Below, piece after piece: positions 59,123-64,000 of a stretch of 64,000 nt of DNA. Location of the stretch: assembly GCA_951406725.2 (NCBI GenBank), contig OX597827.1, positions 47,554,001-47,618,000 on the forward strand, written 5' to 3'. A program made the translations under genes and the position numbers. The DNA comes from Octopus vulgaris (taxonomy: Eukaryota). The notes beneath the pieces were generated by a model. That model was not told the origin of the DNA, searched no databases, and saw only the letters and a list, made by a program, of their open reading frames with translations. Each line of letters starts with the position of its first letter. Within the stretch, counting starts at the first letter, position 1.

Positions 59123-60464
59123 CAGGCCTTTGCTAGTTAACCCATAGCTGGAACTCTTACAGGTGCTACCACTCTGGGCCAGAGTAGACCTGGGAACAAA
59201 GTGGCTGAAGGTTTATATATATATATGAGTCCTTTTTCCTTATATCCCCCCCCGTGATGTTTATAGTCATACCGGATCTTTTCTAAAAGATGGACATAAT
59301 TTCTACTTAACTAAATAATTTGAAACTTCGTATACTGGTAGAATGTGTCAAAAGAAAACATTAATTCCAATTAGTTTTTTTGAGAAAATTGTATTTTGTA
59401 ACTTTTACGTAGTTTAATTCTTCGAATTTTAACCAATGAAATCCCAGCATTTGAGCTAAATTCAGTTGCTGCGTCTAAGTAAACAGCAGACACACACACA
59501 CGCACACGTGTTATTCATCCATCACTTCTGTCTGCTGTCTTCTGCAGGTGCTAGAAATAACAGTTATATCTCTTAAATCGATGTATTTCGTCGCCCAATA
59601 AAAAAATTAACGATATTTTTTAAATATTTTCTTAATTTTTTTTTTCCGAAAAGGCTTCTCCCATGTTTATTTCAATGTCATCCCTGACTTACGGAACGAT
59701 TACCTGTGTGTGTGTCTTTTTGTTGTGTATGTGTGTGCGTGTGTGTGTGTTATTGTTGTGTATGTGAGTGTGTGTGTGTGTTTCTTTGTTGTGTATGTGT
59801 GTGTGTGTGTTTTTTGTTGTGTATGTGTGTGTGTGTTTTTGTTGTGTATGTGTACGTGTGTGTGTGTGTTTGTTGTGTATGTGTGTGCGTGTGAAGTATG
59901 TAAGTGGTGCGTTAGGCATGTCTTTATATGAAATAAATAACAAGACAATGCGTGGTAACCGCAACAAAAAATTGATGTCCTGCGAAAGCGGACCGAATAC
60001 GAAGGTGTTTTAAAAGTCCAAAAAATATCGTTAATATTTTTATTGGGCGACGAAATTCATCGATTTAAGAGATATAGCTGTTATTTCTAGCACCTGCAGA
60101 AGACAGAAGACAGAAGCGATGGATGAATAACACGTGTGCGTGTGTGTGTGTCTTACACGCAGCAACTGAATTTAGCTCAAATGCTGGGATTTCATTGGTT
60201 AAAATTCGAAGAATTAAACTACGTAAAAGTTACAAAAAACAATTTTCTCATAAAAACTAATTGAAATTAATGTTTTCTTTTGACACATTCTACCAGTATA
60301 CGAGGTTTCAAATTATTTAGTTAAGTAGAAATTATGTCCATCTTTTAGAAAAGATCCGTCATACCAATGTGATCTATGCCTTGACCCGAGCACTCACCTC
60401 TTGAGCTGAGGAATGAAGAGAATGCCTGGTCTGCGGCTCCTAAAACATGGGGAATAGGCCTGGG
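59121..60464. mobile_element. Short-TIR element (cccaggcct / aggcctggg) in (TA)n, hosting a MITE
   Basis: 9-bp inverted termini abutting TA repeats on both sides. Confidence 0.55.
59274..60357. mobile_element. Merlin-type MITE with ~345-bp arms and 8-bp TSD
   Basis: GGATCTTTTCT.../...AGAAAAGATCC termini, TSD gtcatacc at 59266-59273 and 60358-60365; central GT-rich minisatellite 59705-59893. Confidence 0.88.
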
Positions 60465-60656
60465 TATATATATATATATATATATATATAAATGAAAGAA
60501 TGTAGTTGAACGACGAATTAACAAAATTCCGTTATTCTCGACGTATGTTTCGAAGGCTGCATATTCCTAATTTCGAAGGAATTTTTCTGACGTGAATTTG
60601 CTACCCAGGTATCGGTTAACCGAACTATCCATAATAAGATAATTCATTCAACTACT

Positions 60657-60713
<57 letters not shown>

Positions 60714-60937
60714 ATATATGCATGTATGTATGTATGTATGTAATTAATCAACGAAAAAATTACTCAGGTACTATGATTTGCATCATTAATGTGGTTTGGT
60801 TTGCCTTTATCAGTAAATATAGGATCTAATTATTTGCTTCTTGATAAACAATCGGTAAAGAATTCAAACGAGGAATTGTATGAGTATTTGCAACGTTAGA
60901 GAAATTCTCTGATGCATATTTCCATTACTCAGGAAAT

Positions 60938-61051
<114 letters not shown>

Positions 61052-61069
61052 TGATAGATACATAGATTG

Positions 61070-61112
<43 letters not shown>

Positions 61113-61592
61113 CAAATATACATATGTGTGTGTGTGTGTGTGTTTCTGTATGTAAATGAATTCCATGTGCGGTGTGTGAGTGAAGGTTTTTTTCTAGTGA
61201 CTGAGAGGTAATATAATGTACGCATGGCAATCACGTGTTCCTTGCGTTTTTCGGTTTACATATCTTCCTATGTGTTTGCTATATCGTTCCGGACAGTAAC
61301 TGAATTCAATATTTCTAATGCATAATCAACCAGATAATAAATGTAATTTTCTATTCGATATCTAAATATTGAACAAGTTATGCTCTGCATCACTAATATT
61401 TTGGGTTTTCAATTAAGCCGATAATGTATTTTATCCTATTTACACAAGGAAGTAAAATTCTCGATATATATATATATATTTATATGTGTATATATAAATA
61501 TATATACATATGTATATATATAAATGTGTGTGCGTATGTGACTGTGTGTGCGTGTGAGTATGAGTGTGTTTGTGTGTGAGTATGAGTGTGTT

Positions 61593-61637
<45 letters not shown>

Positions 61638-61640
61638 CTG

Positions 61641-62277
61641 TATTAGACGAAATATCAAAAGTGAGGCAGAAAGGTACCTGAAGTTATTTTGAATAATTAA
61701 ATTAGAGGAAGCTTAATTTGAAGTCTTACAGGTGTTTCTGGGATAGGCCAAATGTGTTGGTTAGTATGTCCTTGTACTGGGTTTTCCGTCATCAGAGACA
61801 AGGTATGAATATTTTAGACAGGAGAAATTTACAGTTAACAAGGAATAAATTTCACAGTTTGTAAGGAATAAAACAAAAGAATAAAAAGTACAAGCATTTA
61901 GAAGAATATAAGCAGGAGAGACATGTTCAAACTCATCTTTTCCCAGAGAATATGTATGTCGGTCCGTACTTCTATGAAGGTACAGGTTTTTTCTGAATTT
62001 ACCTGGGATTTTAACTAAAATCCTGTATCTTCATAGAAATACCGATCAACATCCGCATCTTCTGGAAATTTATTCCTTGTAAACTGTACATTTTCCTCGT
62101 CTAAAATATTCATACTTTGCCTCTGATGACGAAATAACCAGTGCACGGATGTGCTAAGCATCCACTTGGGTTATACCAGAAACATCTGTAAGTCTTCAAA
62201 TTCACCTTACCCTAATTAAATTATTCTAAATGATTTGAAATATGCGTTCTGCTTTAGTTTTAATGTTTCCTCTAATA
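61641..62277. mobile_element. Old foldback element with hammerhead-like motif in both arms
   Basis: Arms ~61641-61853 / 62066-62277; ct-CTGATGA...GAAAC-atct-GTA-ag at 62121-62192 and mirror cttacaggtgtttc..tcatcagag. Confidence 0.65.
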
Positions 62278-62423
62278 TTACATATACATGCTATAACGAA
62301 ACCCTACCACGGTTCCCTAGATCCAGCCTAAGCTGTGATCTCGGAAGCTAATGTGCGACCAACTATAGCACTTACCCATGTACCTACACGTTTAGATTGG
62401 AAGTGAGCTTAGACCCTCATGTT

Positions 62424-62476
<53 letters not shown>

Positions 62477-62480
<4 letters not shown>

Positions 62481-62680
62481 TAATCCAAACAAGAAAACAA
62501 AACAACGCAAGAACGTGGAACAAATTAAGTATTATTGGACGCTCAGGAAAGAAGGGAAGAAAGAGGGCTTAACGTTTCGAGCGCAGCTCTTCGTCGGAAA
62601 CATAGGAGAAGGAAAGATCCCGAGAAGGGAAGACAGAGGAAAAAAAATCGCCGGTGGTACTCACGAGGTCACATACTGAA
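62477..62680 (-). mobile_element. Penelope pLTR-like short element with minimal hammerhead-like motif (62568-62600)
   Basis: Minus strand ttt-CCGACGA-a-gagc tgc gctc-GAAACGTT-aag; shares ttcctgagc..taatac with 26794-26993. Confidence 0.6.
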
Positions 62681-62759
62681 AGGTATATTTTTTGTTTTTG
62701 TTTGTTTTTGTTTTTCCAGTTTCAGCTCTTGAGCTGTGGCCATGCTGGGGCACCGCCAT

Positions 62760-62984
<225 letters not shown>

Positions 62985-63151
62985 AATAAAGTACTCAGAA
63001 ATCTGGATGGTCGTACACTTACAGATATTATTTAGATCTCACATATTTATTTAGATCGAGCTAATATAAGATTTATAAAAGCATGTGACATGTAAATAAA
63101 AATCTGAGTACCTTATTTTTTCAAATATGTAATACCTGTAAATCACCTCCA

Positions 63152-63238
<87 letters not shown>

Positions 63239-63240
63239 AT

Positions 63241-63650
63241 TCTTTTACTCTTTTACTCTTTTACTTGTTTCAGTCATTTGACTGCGGCCATGCTGGAGCA
63301 CTGCCTTTAGTCGAGCAACTCGTCCCCGGGACTTATTCTTTGTAAGCCTAGTACTTATTCTATCGGTTTCTTTTTGCCGAACTGCTAAGTGACGGGGACA
63401 TAAACACACCAGCATCGGTTGTCAAGCAATGCTAGGGCGACAGACACAGACACAAACATACACGCACACACATATATATATACATATATATGACGGGCTT
63501 CTTTCAGTTTCCGTCTACCAAATCCACTCACAAGGCTTTGGTCGGCCCGAGGCTATAGTAGAAGACACTTACCGAAGGTGCCACGCAGTGGGACTGAACG
63601 CGGAACCATGTGGTTGGTAGGCAAGCTACTTACCACACAGCCACTCCTGT
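63241..63650 (-). mobile_element. Full tRNA-derived SINE family C
   Basis: Minus strand acaggagtggctgtgtggtaag (A box), gttcagtccc (B-box-like), internal (TG)/(TA) tract, (gtaaaaga)n tail. Confidence 0.9.
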
Positions 63651-64000
63651 ATATAAAATATATAAAATGCATAGCACAATTGTATCAAAAAAATTAGCAA
63701 CGGCTAAACAGACAAGACGTGCATTATTTTATGTAAATATGAAATATGTAATTCGCTGACATGTAAAATAACTTTGACAAGCTAGAATTAATTAAAGAAT
63801 GCCAACCATCGGCCATGATTATTATATAACTGGGTAGATTAATAGTTAAAACATCTGTGTACAGATATGCATAGATAGTAAATAGCTGCTTTAACTTGAA
63901 TAAAAAACAATTTCTCATAATAGACAATATGTCTGAAACATACAAAGCTGGGTTCAAGAGAGCAAAATGATTATTTATTTAGGTATAATAAAGACAGTTC

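Noticed and set aside
59705-59893. CRISPR-like regularly spaced repeats
   Set aside because: Low-complexity GT minisatellite inside a MITE; no unique spacers, eukaryotic context

Overview
AT-rich eukaryotic DNA dense in microsatellites and transposon debris. The SINE types and (TA)n/(TG)n/(TATC)n load look like a cephalopod (Octopus-like) intergenic or intronic region; this is inferred from repeat style only. I found no host gene I can support, and nearly all listed ORFs are microsatellite read-throughs or chance ORFs. Recognisable parts: three tRNA-derived SINE families in many copies, four mariner-family relics, RTE and L1/Tx1 LINE fragments, a non-autonomous Helitron, two Merlin-type MITEs, a probable hAT MITE and a ~6 kb compound microsatellite. 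Two things stand out. (1) 41406-48478 is a head-to-tail array of four ~1.75 kb retro-units that encode only a LINE ORF1/gag-like protein (~470 aa, one CCHC knuckle) and no RT. Each ends in a 3' tail nearly identical to that of a local SINE family plus an A-rich tail. The junctions repeat an identical upstream leader at staggered start points, which suggests repeated independent insertion at one site. (2) Many short elements between (TA)n tracts form long hairpins and/or carry type-I hammerhead ribozyme motifs of the Penelope/retrozyme kind; one has a tRNA-derived (Pol III) head fused to a hammerhead tail. All alignments and folds were done by eye.
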